DNA of 63,190 bases, counting the filler, from Reclinomonas americana ATCC 50394 (Eukaryota): assembly GCA_048213135.1 (NCBI GenBank). It is 4 parts of 3 records of this genome, joined end to end, with 100 filler letters (N's around TTAATTAATTAA, not from the genome) between each part and the next. Parts side by side here need not be neighbours in the genome. Positions count along the whole stretch, not along the records: positions 37,734 to 58,691 come from PS015207.1; 3 more parts are not named here. The stretch is one strand, 5' to 3'. A model generated the notes under the pieces. That model saw only the letters and a program-made list of their open reading frames with translations, searched no databases and was not told the origin of the DNA. Below, piece after piece: positions 37,830 through 53,188 of the stretch (its first letter is position 1; the number at the start of each line of letters is the position of its first letter). Both the position numbers and the translations under genes were made by a program.

Positions 37830-37883
<54 letters not shown>

Positions 37884-40800
37884 GAGAGAGCGGTATGACC
37901 ATCAGATTTGGGGCATTACAAATGGGGATCACAACTTGGCGAACGAAACATCTGTGACGAATACAGTGCCGCTAACCGGGTCGATCGACAGTGCAACTGG
38001 GCTGCTGAATTGCGCCACCGTGCTTGCACCGTCGTTGAATGCCGCCACACGAGTGGAGCCAGCGAGCGTGCTCACCGTCATAGACGAGGTGTCGATCTTT
38101 CGCACGGAAAAGTTGCCAGTATCAGCCACGAACAGCAAGCTACGGGAGGCGTCTAGCGCCACGTCACTGGGGCTGTGGAAACGAGCGGCGCCTCCGACAT
38201 GGTCCACATAGTCGGCGGTGCCGAGCAAGCCGGCCACGGTGGACGTGGCACCGGTGGCAAGAGTCACACGACTGCGGGCGAGGCAAGTGAGTTGTGGGAA
38301 GGGAAGGGAAGAGAAAGGGAGGGGAAGGAGAAGGGAGGGGAAGGGGAAGGGGAAGGGGAAGGGGAAGGGGAAGAGAGGAAAAGGGGAAATGGAAAAAGGG
38401 CAACAAAACACACACACACACACGCACACACACACAGAGAGAGAGAGAGAGAGACGGACAATGACAGAAAGAAAAGGTAAAAGAAAAGCCAGGGAAAAAT
38501 AAGGATAGAGGGAGAGGCAGACGAACACACACACATACACACACACACAAGAAGAGAGAGAGAGAGTGCACAAGCCGTGGCACACGAATAATAGAGAGCC
38601 CAACTACTATTATTGCCTCCTCTGTGTAGTGCCACTGTTTCTTTCTCTCGCGTTCTCTCTCTCTCTCTTTCTCTTTCTCTCTCTCTCTCTCTCTCCCTCT
38701 CCCTCTCCCTCCCTCGCTGTCCATACTGACTCTCTCCGAGCACGTACCGAATGGCATGATTGGCAGTGTCAGCCACATACAGCACAGCTGCCGCGCTGTC
38801 GACCGCAAGGCCGAGGTTGTTGCTGAATTGGGCAATGGGGCCAGTGCCGTCTGCCGCGCCCGAACTCCCGTTGCCGGCCAGAGTCGACACATATTTCTTG
38901 GACAGTTTCCGAATGACGTGGTTGGCAGACTGTGATCAACCAAACACAAAAAGAGAAAAGGGGAAGAGACCAAGGTGAGCACAAACGAGCACATAAGAAT
39001 GACCACACATCGACAACGGTAACGCACGTCACTGATGTACAGGTCTCCAGTGCTCGAATCGCAAGAGACGTCGCTCGGGCTGTACAGCAGATTGGTCCGT
39101 AGGGAGTATGAGTCCGTGGGAGAGAGAGAGATAGACACACAGACAGACACAAACACAGAGAGAGAGAGAAAGAGAAAGAGAAGAGAGACAGAGGAACGAG
39201 ACTGCAGAGAACTAAAGAGCCTTGTTCTTCTCTCCCCCAGCCCACATTGAAACTGACAATGAGACGCAACGAGTGGAATGTGGCCAGTGAGACGAATGCA
39301 TTGGTGATTCCAGCGACACCAGCCTGACCGGCCACAGTGGTCACCACACCTGCCGGACTGACTCGACGAATGGTGTGTGAACTGGCGATGCAAGGTAACG
39401 CACACAAGTGAGCGACTGCAATGACAAAAATGCACAGGCCATACGGGAAGCACAACGCACGTGAACTCGGCCACGTACAGCATTCCGCCAGCATCAAAGG
39501 ACATGCGCTGCATTGCACAGTCAGTCAAGCCACACTGATAAAGACAACACGAGAGATGAACTGCGAGGCTTAACCTGCGGCGCAGTGAAGAGTGCGGCGG
39601 AACCAGTGCCGTCGGTGTAGCCAGCCATGCCCGCAGTGCCAACCACATTGGTCACCAGCGTCGAGGCTCCGAATGCGCCGGGCGACAGTGCCAACTGGAA
39701 CGCGGCGTTGACAGTCTCGGGACCTTGTGCGTTAACAGTGCCGCTGAGTGTGGCGGCTTCGAAAGTGACGCTGCTTGATGTGCCGCTAGCGACGGACGGT
39801 GCTGTGGGGAGGGCAAGGTGAGCAATGAGAGTGATTAGGGGGAAAGGGAAAGGATGGACGATAAGGAAAAGGCAAATAGAAAATGGAAGGAGGAGCGAGA
39901 AACAAGAGAGAGAGACAGGGTCACTAAAAATGTGTATACGAATGCGGTGAGATGGGAATAGGGGACGAAAGGAGAGAACCTGGCGCGAGATGAAATAAGA
40001 GAGCGCGACTGAAGGAAGCAGCATGTGAACTAGATACCGTAAAGCAAGAGAGACACTGCTGCTCGAAATCAGTGCTCAGCACTGATCACGCATGTACGCA
40101 CCACTGGTGATGAACGATTGCACAGATCCGTACTGCCCGAAGTCGCTGGCCGCCCGATAGAAGTACGTGGTCGACGGTTGCAGCTGCACAAGAGACAGAG
40201 AGACCGTGGTGTCTGCCGTCCCCGATACAGAGGTCGGCGTGGCGGTCAACGGGGACGCCGGAAGTGTCACCCGACGTATCACATTGCCAGCAGTGTCTGT
40301 TGTGTGCACGCACATGTGTCACAGGCTGAGGCAATCAATGACACAACTTCATCAACGCTGTCAGATACCTGACACAAACAGGCAGCCGTGCCGAGCGTCG
40401 TAGACAACACCAAACTGTGAGGTGCGAAGGGCAACAGAGTCAGTACATGTCACGATGCAATGCGACAGCACCAATGTGACCTACCGGGCTGTTGAACTTC
40501 GCCATCCACCCGATGCCGTCGTCAGAACCGGCAACACCTACAGTCCCTGCCACAGTGGTCACCGCGCCCGACGCTGTGATTTGTCGAACGACCTGATTGG
40601 TCACCTGCGTAGCGACAGCCGACAACAATCCCCGTCCGTATGAGAATAAATAGGCAAGGAAAGACGCGGGAGTAGATTACGCACGTCGCCGACATACACC
40701 ACATTGGCCACTTCATCTACGGTCACCGCAGATGGACTATTGAATCGGGCCGTCGCGCCAACACCGTCGTTGTAGCCGCACGCTCCGCTCTGACCAGCCA

Positions 40801-43800
40801 GTGTGCTCACCGTCATTGTCGAGATCACAACCTTGCGAATTGAGCAGTTAGAGTGATCGGCGACATACATCGCGTCGCGACCAGTGTCCAGCGCTACATG
40901 GTAAGGTGTGTTGAACCGAGCGGCGCTGCCGACGCCATCGCCAGTGCCAGCGCTGCCAGCAAGCCCGGCAACCGTGGTGGCGACACCATCAAATGTCACA
41001 CGACTACACAGGCATACAAAGGATCTCTGAGAGAAGAGGTAGAACTTGAGAAACACAACCGCGCATCACATACCGTACGACGTGACTACCAGAGTCGGCT
41101 ACATAGACTACTTTGGCCAGGCCATCGGCAGCCAAGCCAGCGGGAACAGAAAACTGAGCAGAACTGCCGGTTCCGTCGGCTGTTCCAAGAATGCCGTTGC
41201 CGGCCAGCGTCGACACGTAGTTGTTTGAGATCTTTAGAATCGAGTTGTTGTTGACCTGCATCACGGTAAGTGACATATTGCAAATCACTTCGAAACCCCA
41301 TGGAACTCACATCGGTGACGTAGAGATCGCCTGTGGATTTATCACAAGACACAGCATTCGGGCTGTCGCATACACAAGTCAGGACGAGGCGGAGGTACGG
41401 ATAATAACAGGCAAAGTATGACGAAACTTGTCGAACGTGGCCAGTCTGGCTGTCCCGTTCGCGAATCCAGCAACTCCCGCCTGGCCTGCGATCGTGGACA
41501 CCACGCCGGCAGACGTGACCTTGCGCACCGTGTGCTGACTGTGGTGCACGGGCTTCAATCACGAGCAGAGTAAGCCAACACGAAATCCCAAATAAACGCA
41601 CGTAAAATCCGGTACGAAGAGCGAGCCAGCTCCATCGATGCACAGTCGATGTTGCAGGCAGACAGTGCGAGTCAGCGATGCACAGAGACATTGAAATCGC
41701 GCATGAAGGTGCAATGCACAGATATGAAACTAACCACAGGGGCGGTGAAGAGAGCTCCAGATCCGGTGCCGTCGGTGGCACCAGGAGTTCCAGCGACACC
41801 GACAAACGTCGTCACTGCAGCCATGCTACCAAAGGCAGAGGCCGACAGGGCCACCTCGACCACAGAGGAGGCGCCGTTGATACCCTGAGCATTGATGGTA
41901 GCTGAGACGGTGGCAGACACGGCCGTAACACTGCTCGACGAGCCAGTGGTGGCCGCATTTGCTACGACGCAAGCAGGAAAAAGATGAGTACATTCACACA
42001 ATCAGCAGCAGCACGCATCGGAGTGCACCTTGCGTGACAAAGGATTGTACCGAGCCGTTTTGTCCATTGTCACTAGCCGCACGATAATAGTACGTGGTGG
42101 ACGGAAGAAGTTGTGACAGTGCCAGAGAGATGCTAGTGCCGGTGGTGCCGGATGCAGTTGAAGGCGAGGCGCGTGCAAGCGCTGCTGGGATGGTGACTTT
42201 CCGGATGGTATTACTGACAGTGTCTGTTCACGCGTTCACAGCAGAACCGTGAGTCCAGATATTTGGTGCGATGATAACACAAGGAGGTATGCAGCTCACC
42301 GGTAACAAGCAGCCAGCCGTTCGTCGGATCAAAGGCAATGCCAGTCTGCGCGCGAGCATGCGATCAAAAAATGTGACAATCGTGTTCAACACAAAAGCTG
42401 TCGCGATTGCCAAACCGGTGCGTTGAACGAGGCACCCGCAGTTCCGGCTCCGTCGGCCGAGCCGATGATACCGATTAGGCCAGCGATAGTGGTAACCGCG
42501 CCCGTCGTGGTAAACTGACGAACAGTGTTGTGGTATTGCTGCAATTGCAGTGGCAGACTGATGAGATTCTGAAACTGCGCACATACAAACTGCACATGTT
42601 ACAAGACCTCCGCGTAGTACGCCATTCCCGTTGACAGATCAATGGCAATGCTCAAGATGCCACCAATGGTTGCGCCGGTACCGACTCCGTCGCTTGACCC
42701 CCCAACACCAAGCTGACCAGCAAGCGTGGACACAGTGGCACCAGCGATGGTAATCTTGCGAATAAGTCGGTTGCCGTTGTCACCGACATACAGAACTCCG
42801 CGACCTGGATCCACAGCCACTGTAGTAGGCAAGTTGAATCTGGCAGCAGCACCACTCCCATCAGCCGATCCGCTCGCTCCCATCACGCCAGCAAACGTGG
42901 TGGTTATTCCGGCAAACGTGATGAGACTGTTCACGACGGGACAGTCAGCACCCAGAAAAGCATGTTCTGGCACGCTTGGTGAAACACACACCGAATGGCA
43001 TGATTGCTGAAGTCGGCAACATACATGACTTGAGCGGCAGCATCGACAGCGATGCCATCGGGGATATTGAAGCGTGATGCAGTTCCAGTGCCATCGACTG
43101 CTCCCGAAGTACCATTGCCTGCCAGAGTGGACACGTACTGTCCGGAAATCTTGCGCACTGTGTGATTGACCTCCTACAAGAACGGAACCCCAACATGAGA
43201 TAAGCACAAGGCGCTGGGAAAATACTAAGTCAGACGCACCTCGGTTACATACAACGTTCCATGCAACGAGTCGCACGCTACATAGATTGGTCTACGGTAT
43301 GCTGGTAAGAAAATAGCGCGTGGTTCTAAACAACGACATGTCGACAGCGAAACTGATTGAAGGTGGCCTGCACAGTGGAGCCATCCAGATAGCCTGGCGT
43401 ACCAGCAATACCAGCCACAGTCGACACAGCACCGGTAGAGGTCATAGCGCGAATGGTGTGTGATCTGCGAGGAGTGCGAAGTGAAGAGAATGAGTCGAAA
43501 AAAGAAAGCAAGAGGCTAGAAACAGGATTCACAAAGGGATTGTGAACAGAACGAATTGAGAGGAAGAGAGAAGAGTGAACGACAAAAAGAGTGAATTACC
43601 CGTGGTCAGGAATGTAGGCAGTGCCGGAGTTGTCAATGCACAAGCGCTGCAAACACACACACGCAATAAATAGCACATGAGTCCATGAAAAGCACGATGC
43701 TCAACATGATACAAAAATGCAGTGCTCACGGCTGGTGTGCTGAATCGTGCCGCTGCTCCCGTGTCATCAACGTGACCTGCCATTCCTGCGGCGCCAGCCA

Positions 43801-46800
43801 CAGTTGTGACGGCGACAGCCGCACCAAACGAACTCGACGACAGTCCAACTTCAAAGGCGGCCGTGACGCCATTGATGCCTCGCGCATTGATGGTTCCAGA
43901 AGCTGTGGCTGATACGGCGGTGACACTGCTCGGCAAGCCGCTGGTGACGGAGATGGCTGCAAGCAGGGGTTGCAAGTAAGAAGACGCGATAGAGTCTATC
44001 TTTGACAGACTTCTCTTACCTGAAGTGCTAAACGACAACACCGATCCCGTCTGACCATCGTCGGCGACTGCTCGGAAGTTGTACGTGACTCCCCTCGTCA
44101 GGTTAGACAAAGCGGCAGCGATGGAGGTGGTTGTACTGCCCGACAGAGTGCTTGGTGCGGCCATCAGGCTGAGGGCTTTGAGATTCACCCGGCGGACCAG
44201 GTGGTTATTGTACTCTGCGGCAACACAGAAACATAGAAGGTAAGCGTAACAATCAAATACAGGGCACACCACCCAAAAAAAGCAAAGGTATTTAGTCGAA
44301 CCGACAACAAACAGGCAATCGCATGTCAGATGGTAGCAGATGCCAGTCTGCACAGCGCACAGTTTAGCGACGACACCAACATCAGTACCAACACCAAATA
44401 ACTTACCAAGCCGTTGAACTTGGCATACAACGGCATGCCATTCGCAAACCCAGTCACGGTGGCCGTACCAGCTAGCGTCGTCGCCACACCGTTTGGCGTT
44501 ACTGTCCGCAAAACGCTGTTGGTACTCTGTACACATACATAGCTCGTCAGAAAGAGTGATGCCGGCAACTAAATAAAAAGCATATCAAGGGACACAACTT
44601 CGGTCACGTAGAACATGTCGCGGATCTTGTCGTACGTGATGAAAAGCGGCTTGGAGAGCTGAGCCCCGACACCTGGGCCGTCGGCATAGCCGGGCGATGC
44701 AGCCGACCCAATCCAGGTGCTCACAGCTGCTGTTGCCAGGTCTACCTGCCTGATGACATTATTCCTCGAGTCGCACACGTAGAGCACATTGTTGCGGAGG
44801 GACAGGCCGGCCGGGTACTGAAATTGTGCCGAGGTGCCAATGGCGTCCAGGTAGCCGACGGAGCTGCCCGCCAGTGTCGTTGTCACCGCAGCGAACGTGA
44901 CGCGGCTGTGAAGGCAAAGGAGAAGGAAGAGTGAGGAGCTCGAGGGAGAAGGAGGAGAAGAGGGAGAAGGGGGAGCAGGAGGAGAAGAGGGAGAAGGAGG
45001 AGCAGGAGGAGAAGAGAAAGAAGGGGGAGAATAGAGGGAGCGAAGGAGGGAGAAGGAGGAGACGAGAAAGAGAGAGAGAGAGAATGAGAGAACAGAAGGC
45101 GAGAAAGAGAGATGAGAGATAACAAACAAGAGACAAGAAAAGAGAGAGATAGATAGATGGAGAGAGAGAGGGTGAGAGAGAATGAGAGAGACAGACAGGA
45201 GAGAAAGTAAAGGAGAGAGATGAGAGAGAGAGAGAGATAGAGAGAGAGAGAGTGAATGAGAGAGAGGCAGGGGAGAGAGAGGGAGGGAGAGAGAGAGTGA
45301 GAGGCAAGAGAGACAGACAGAGAGACACAGGAGAATAGAGATAGATAGATGGAGAGAGAGAGAGAGAGAAAGAGGGAGGAGAAGAGGGAGCGAGAGGAGG
45401 GAGACGCAAGAAAATAAGAGAGGAGAGAGAAAGATGAGAGAGAGAGAGGAGAGAGAGAGTGAGAGACAGGGAGACAGACAGTGTGAGTGTGAGTGTGTGT
45501 GAGAGAGAGATTGTGTGTGAGAGAGAGAGAGAGACAGACAGTGTGTGAGAGAGTGTGTGTGTGTGAGAGAGAGAGACAGTTGATGTCATTTCATGGTTCT
45601 CATACCAACAACCCTGGTCTCTCTCAATCACACACACACGCTGTCTCTCTGTCTGTTAGTTTGTCTCTTCTTCCTCTCTCCGTCTCATGCATTTGTCACT
45701 CTCTTCTCTCTTTTATCTCTCTCTTACGATTGTGGGCTGCACAATGTCACTCTCTCGCTATCTCCTACTTTCTCAACTGCAGTTGAAAAGAAGGCGCTTT
45801 CCAGAAGCTAACTCACAGACAAGATTGGAAATGGAGTGAGGATGAAAGCAAAAGCGACAATGCTCAAGGCATTGGGAAATATGTGGAAAGTAAAGGAGGC
45901 AGAGAGTTGAGATTGAGGGACTGACGGAAGAGCGCAGCTGAGGAGTTTGTCTCTAACACACACACACACACACAGCAAATTCAACGTAATCAGCCTACAC
46001 GTACCGAATTCGATGATTGTACTGATCCGACACATAGACGATCTGGTTCGCCGAATCAATGGCCATCCCAAACGGTCGATTTAGGGATGCTGCCTTGCCG
46101 ATGCCGTCTACGTGACCGCTGCTGCCGGTACCCACCACTGTCGACACGTAGTCGTGTGCGATCTTACGCAGCACATAGTTTCCGAACTGCGACGTGACAG
46201 AGAACTGAGTGAGCGCAAACCGGCAACAGCACACACGCCGAGTGCAGCACGAAACATCAGTCACATAGAGGTCGCCGGTGCTCTCATCAACGGCAACATC
46301 TTGCACACTGCAGAATGAACACAGCAGAGAGTGAGTCGTTACTTGGCATCGTCATTCTCTGTCTCATCGCAACGATCTGAAGCCCGCCACTGCGAGACGG
46401 TTGCCGTCCACGTAGCCGCAAGTGCCTGGAGTTCCCGCGTACGTTGTCACTGCGCCTGCGACAGTCATCTTCCGGATGGCACAATTGCTGCTCAAAGACT
46501 TGCGAATTAGGAACGCAGCTATGGAACGCACGAGTGCACACCGAACAACGTCACCCAAAATCGGCAATAAAGATGCTGCCAGAGCTGTCAGTGCAAATGC
46601 CCTGCAGAGAATGAAGGGCGTGAGTAGAGTCCAGCGCAGCTAACTTTTCAAAAGCAGACCACGTACCCACGGGCTGTTGAACGAGGCACCGGTTCCCGTG
46701 CCATCTGTGGTTCCACTCGAGCCCTGTGAACCAGCGACAGTCGCCACCGAGGTGCGTCCGTCGATTGCAGTCGGGTTGCCGACAGATCAAAGGACAACGC

Positions 46801-49800
46801 CACGTTGCTGCCGTTGTTGACATTTGTGGTGCCATTCAGGGTGGCTGTCAGGGCGGTGACGGCGGAGGCGGGTTGTGTGGAAATCGTCGTCAAGTCTGTG
46901 TAGCAGAGGAGGGGATTAGAAGAGAAGGAGACAGAGAAGGGGGAAGGGGAAGGGGAAGGAGAAGGGGGAAGGAGAAGGGGGATGGAGAAGGGGGAAGCGA
47001 CAGGGGGAAGGAGAGGGGGAAAGAGCAAGGGGGAAGAGCAAGGGGGAAGAGCAAGGGGGAAGAGCAAGGGGGAAGAGCAAGGGGGAAGAGCAAGGGGGAA
47101 GAGCAAGGGGGGAGAAAAGGGGAAGAGAGGGGGGAAGACGAAGGGGGAAGAGAAAGCGGAAGGCGGAGAAACGGGAAGACGGAAGAGTGAAGGGGGAAGA
47201 GAATGGGGAATAGGATGGGGGAGGAGCATGGGGGAAGAGTGCTTGGGGGAGAGGGAGGACGGAAGGGATGCAAGGTGAGGGAGAGAGGCGGGCAATGTGA
47301 GGAGAGCAGAAGAAGTGACACAAAGAAATGTAAAATACGAGTGTGAGAAACAGAACTAAGGGAAAATGCAGAATGCATCACACACATGCACACACATTGT
47401 GCCTGCCTGTAACTTTCCTCGCCGTGGTGCTTGGACAACAACACGGCACCGACACAGAGGCAGGATTTTCTCCATTCTTTCGTTCTCAATATCTCTCTCT
47501 CTCTCTCTTCGTTAAAGAATGGTCACGAACATTCGGTGCCTCAGCGAGAGAAGACGCAAAAATAACTCGGCAAAACGAGGGCAGCATAGATCATCAAACA
47601 CCCAATCCCTAAGAAAAACAACAGTTCACGCAATCCCACTAACTCACGCAACTGGTGGTGACAAACGAGGACGTCGTCCCAAGCACCGTCCCGTCGCTCA
47701 AACGCGGACGATAGTAGTACGTCGTGACTGGCGTGAGGAATGTGGCGGTAAGCGAAATCGGCGTGCTGCTACTGCCGCTGACAGTGGAGGGAGTCGACGA
47801 GATCGCGGAGGCTTGAAGATCGATTCGACGAATGGTATAATTGAGGCGGTCTGCGAGCGCACGAGTCAGCAACATGAAGCAGATGAATAGTATACCAACA
47901 GAGTGGGGAAACGCACCGGCCACCAGCAAAGAGTTGGATGCTGCATGGAAAGCAACGCCAAACTGTTTACCAGAGAGAAGACGGTAATGAGTTGATACAA
48001 TGTGTACGCAACATACGCGCACTCACGCACGTATGCACGCACACGCGCAAACATACAGCACTCAGTCCGTAAGCATGATCACTCACCGGACAGTTGAAGC
48101 GAGAAATGGCACCCGGTCCATCGGTACTGCCACTAACTAAGTAGTACCCAGCAATGGTGGTGACCGTTCCTGCTGCGGTGACTCGTCGAATAGTATGGGC
48201 GCCACACTGGTAGTGCAACATAGCGACATACAGTAAGTGATAATAGAGAGAAAACAACTGACCAAGACTACAAGACGCTTACATCGGCCAAGTAGATGAC
48301 GTTGCTGACGGGATCCACAGAAATGAATTCGGGTGCTTTAAACCGCGCTGCACTTCCGGTGCCATCAGCACCGCCTTGGGTCGAGGTGGTACCTGCGAGC
48401 GTGGACACTTGCCCGGTGGACAAGTCCATTCGTCGCAGTGTCATGGCACTGAAGTCACCGATGTACAAGTACTGCCGTGTGCTGTCGACTGTGACACTGA
48501 ATGGACCCATGAATCTAGCACTGGTACCGACAGCATCTGTGGAGCCTGACATGCCTGCACTGCCGGCAATAGTAGTTACTGCTCCATCTAACGTCACACG
48601 ACTGTACAATAGTACTGCGTTAGGATGCGATGTTGCGCTCGTCCCAACAGCCATTTCCCTCAAGAATCCGCTCACCGAATCATTAAATTTCCAGCATCAA
48701 CCACAAACATCACTTGGTTGATGTTGTCAATCGATAAACCAGAGGGAAAATTGAAGGCTGCACTCGAACCCGTCCCATTGGCCGACCCGGACGATGGAGG
48801 TGGCTGTAAACCAGCCAACGAACCAACTTCGCCGTTGATAACAGTGCGAATGAGATGGTTGCCGAACTGCATGCAGCACGTCATCAGCACCGTGAAACTG
48901 TTGACAAGAAAATGTGCTCAAGTGGGATGACGGAGAGAGTGGAACGAAGAGAGCGCACTGTCAAAGAAGGAAGTGAATCGAAGTGGTGGTGAGAAACGCA
49001 AGTCGTTACAGGAAATGATGGGACAGCAATAAGATTCGCAAAGACAGTGCAGTCATGGACAATCCATACTCTACACACTCAATGCACCCTCTATCCTCGA
49101 AATGAGACACCAGCCGACTCACATCTGCAATCTGTAATCCGCCAGTGGCAGCATTGATATCCAAGTCAGTCGGACTACATGAATCGGCTCGTGAGGTACT
49201 TGTCTGATATGAGCGAAATCATCAGTTGCACGCACTTTCGGAACAACGCAGACGCCGCTGCGCCATCCTGATATCCCGACATGCCAGGCACACCTGCCAC
49301 TGTCGTCACGACACCAGTCATGCGAACCTTGCGGATCGAGTGACTCCTGCGAGTGAGAAGGGCGTGCATGTGAATGGTGGAAGCCTCTCGCGTACTGAAA
49401 CGACGCAGTTAAGCAACACGCACCCATAGTCGGCAACGTAGCAGTCGCCAGTGAAGTCATCGACTCGGATGGACTGTAAATAACATAGCGCACGTCGCAG
49501 TCAGAAAGGGCAGACACTTAACAACCACAAGTCATCACGCACAAACGGCTCAGTAAAACGGGCAGCAGATCCGACTCCGTCGGTTGTCCCAGCCATGCCG
49601 ACGCTGCCGTGGAGGCGCCGAGAGCGTAGGGCACCGATGTGATGTCGAAGCTCACGGGGAGCGACGTGCCACCCTGGGCATTCACTGAGCCCTGCAGGTT
49701 CGCGCGGACAGCAGTAACGCTGGTGGCGGGCGAGGTGGTGGTGATGGGGACTGTTTGACGAGGGGGAAGGAGGGGAGTAAGGGGGGTAAATGGGGTAGGG

Positions 49801-49806
49801 GGAGAT

Positions 49807-49856
<50 letters not shown>

Positions 49857-50367
49857 AGTAGAGTAGAGAGAAGAGAGAGAGAGAAGAAAGTAAGTACGAC
49901 GACGTACCGACGACGACGTAACGAGAGTAAGTAGACGAAGTAGTACNNNNNNNNNNNNNNNNNNNNNNNNNNNNNNNNNNNNNNNNNNNNNNNNNNNNNN
50001 NNNNNNNNNNNNNNNNNNNNNNNNNNNNNNNNNNNNNNNNNNNNNNNNNNNNNNNNNNNNNNNNNNNNNNNNNNNNNNNNNNNNNNNNNNNNNNNNNNNN
50101 NNNNNNNNNNNNNNNNNNNNNNNNNNNNNNNNNNNNNNNNNNNNNNNNNNNNNNNNNNNNNNNNNNNNNNNNNNNNNNNNNNNNNNNNNNNNNNNNNNNN
50201 NNNNNNNNNNNNNNNNNNNNNNNNNNNNNNNNNNNNNNNNNNNNNNNNNNNNNNNNNNNNNNNNNNNNNNNNNNNNNNNNNNNNNNNNNNNNACGGTAAC
50301 GAACGGTAACGTAACGTAAACGTAACCGTACGTACGTACCGTACGTACCGTACGTACGACGTACGAC

Positions 50368-50414
<47 letters not shown>

Positions 50415-50814
50415 CGATGATGAGAGAAAGATGCGAGAGAAGGAAAAGTAAATGCCATACCCACACGCTAACGGAGGATAATAGACAAGTGTACAGGTGG
50501 TCGTCGCAGGAGAGAGAGAGAGAGAATAGGAGAGAATAAGCGTGAGAGAGCGAGAGTGTATGTGTGTTTGTGTGTGTGAGAGAGAGAGAAATATCAGAGT
50601 GCATTTAAGACCAACAGAATCTCAAGACAGAGAGACCATGGATGCCGAGAAGCACAACAGAACGACCGGCAAATGGACGGATAGAGAGAAAAGGGTACGA
50701 AGAGAAAATTTGAGTGCTTCGTAGAGCAACGTGAGATCACGACAGCCGAACATACGGATCAATGATCACACAGGAACAAAAAATATCCCAAGCAGACAGA
50801 CACATGGTCACAGA

Positions 50815-50847
<33 letters not shown>

Positions 50848-52519
50848 GCAAGCAGAGAACTTGAAAGTGTGAATGAGGAGGATGTGAGAAAAGCGAGAGG
50901 AATCATGCAAGTACACTGAGAGACACAATGAACGCCACAGGCAGACAGACAAGTGGACAGAGAGAAAGACATGGCAGACAGAGAGGAAAGAGAGAGTAAC
51001 GCACAAACATATACAATGAAAACGAACGAGGGAGACACGTTGTTCGACAAGGATTAGTGACAGAAAGGTAATGTAACTCTCAGCGACAGAGATACATCCG
51101 CGAGCGCAGCAAACACAGCAACCGAGATAGCTCACCTGCCAGTGTGGTGAAAGCCAGGGAGACGCCGACAGCTCCATAGTTCTTGTCAACAGTTTCATAG
51201 TGATACGTCGTCGCCGGTCGGAGTTGCGTCACCGAACCCGTGAGAGGCGACGACGAAGTGCCGGTAGACACCGACGGAGTTGCGGTGACAATGGACGGCG
51301 GCAGTGCAGCACGCCGCAACACGACGTTGCCAGAGTCTGCCACAACATAAAGGCGTTTGCATCAGAATATCGACTCTCCAACAAACAAATCCACATCGAC
51401 AACAAACCAGCTATGAACAGGACGGAGTCTCGCAGCGCGACACCACGCTGTGCAAGAATGTGATGCGAATGCTCAGTGCCGTGGTCACGAACGAGCAAGT
51501 GACACATAGATGCATGTTTCATACCGGGCTCAGCAACCGCGAAAGTGTGCCAGTGTCATCATGGTTACCGGATACGCCACCAAACCCAAAGACAGTTGTC
51601 ACAACGGCAGTGTCGACCGCAATCTGCCGAATGCTGTTTGAATACGTCTGCAACGATGTCCACCATTGTGAGATTCAGCAGATGGTACCAGCACATAGCA
51701 CAACGAGAACAACAGGCACTCAACATCAGCAACGAATACCACGTTCGCAGCCAAGTCAATCGCGAGGCCCTCAGGAGTGTTGAAAAGCGCATCAGTTCCC
51801 GCGCCGTCACCGCTTCCGCTAACTCCAGCGCGACCGCACAGTGTTGACACAGCAAATGTAGCCAGATCGATCTTTCGAATGAAGTGGTTCATCGTGTCCG
51901 CCACGTACAGCTGACGGCGAACAGAGTCGACAGCTACTGCATGCGGCTCATTGAAACGAGCTGCATTGCCGTATCCGTTCTGCGATCCAGAATTTCCCGC
52001 GGTGCCCGCTACCGTGGTAGTGACTCCAAGAAGGGATACAGATCTGCTCATATCCATGAACAATGTGAGAGCTTCAGGAAAAACACAGTATGGCGGTGAA
52101 CAGAGGAAGCGACTTACCGGATTGCATGATTAAATCTGTCGGCCACATACACGGCCTCCAGCACGGGACTGACGGAGACACCCAGTGGGCCGTTAAAGGT
52201 TGCATTCGCTCCAACTACACTGTCGATACTTCCGGGGGCACCACTGCCAGCCAGCGTCGAGACGTCTGCACCACTGGTGACTTTGCGAACGGCATTATTG
52301 CCAAGCTGTCAGACAAAAGGTATTAGCGCAACCGGGGTGAGAGAGACGAGTGTGGACACGATAGTAAAGTGCACAACATGCGTCCATGCTTACGTGGGAC
52401 ACAGCGATAATGCACACATTCCCCCTCCCTCACATCAACAGACAAAAAACTAGTGACGAACCTCGCCAATGTACATGTCACCGCTGTGCTCGTCCAGCGT
52501 GCAGCCAAATGGGCTGCAG

Positions 52520-52563
<44 letters not shown>

Positions 52564-53148
52564 GCGTAGGTTAGAACTCATCACACAACAAGTGAGTGAT
52601 ACGCGAGAAGAAACGAAGAGTGACAGTAGAACGTGTGTGTGTGTGAGAGAGAGAGAGAGAGNNNNNNNNNNNNNNNNNNNNNNNNNNNNNNNNNNNNNNN
52701 NNNNNNNNNNNNNNNNNNNNNNNNNNNNNNNNNNNNNNNNNNNNNNNNNNNNNNNNNNNNNNNNNNNNNNNNNNNNNNNNNNNNNNNNNNNNNNNNNNNN
52801 NNNNNNNNNNNNNNNNNNNNNNNNNNNNNNNNNNNNNNNNNNNNNNNNNNNNNNNNNNNNNNNNNNNNNNNNNNNNNNNNNNNNNNNNNNNNNNNNNNNN
52901 NNNNNNNNNNNNNNNNNNNNNNNNNNNNNNNNNNNNNNNNNNNNNNNNNNNNNNNNNNNNNNNNNNNNNNNNNNNNNNNNNNNNNNNNNNNNNNNNNNNN
53001 NNNNNNNNNNNNNNNNNNNNNNNNNNNNNNNNNNNNNNNNNNNNNNNNNNNNNNNNNNNNNNNNNNNNNNNNNNNNNNNNNNNNNNNNNNNNNNNNNNNN
53101 NNNNNNNNNNNNNNNNNNNNNNNNNNNNNNNNNNNNNNNNNNNNNNNN

Positions 53149-53188
<40 letters not shown>

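Noticed and set aside
37530-37830. TACG/ACGT-rich tracts beside gaps (also ~5107-5200, 49890-50370, 57611-57680)
   Set aside because: Match the TACG flow order of 454 pyrosequencing noise after microsatellites; read-end artefacts.
46740-46790. Frameshifts in exons (also ~27237, ~26372, ~49600) as programmed frameshifting or pseudogenisation
   Set aside because: Most are fixable by a single indel at a short homopolymer or lie near a low-quality contig end, typical of 454 error; needs raw reads.
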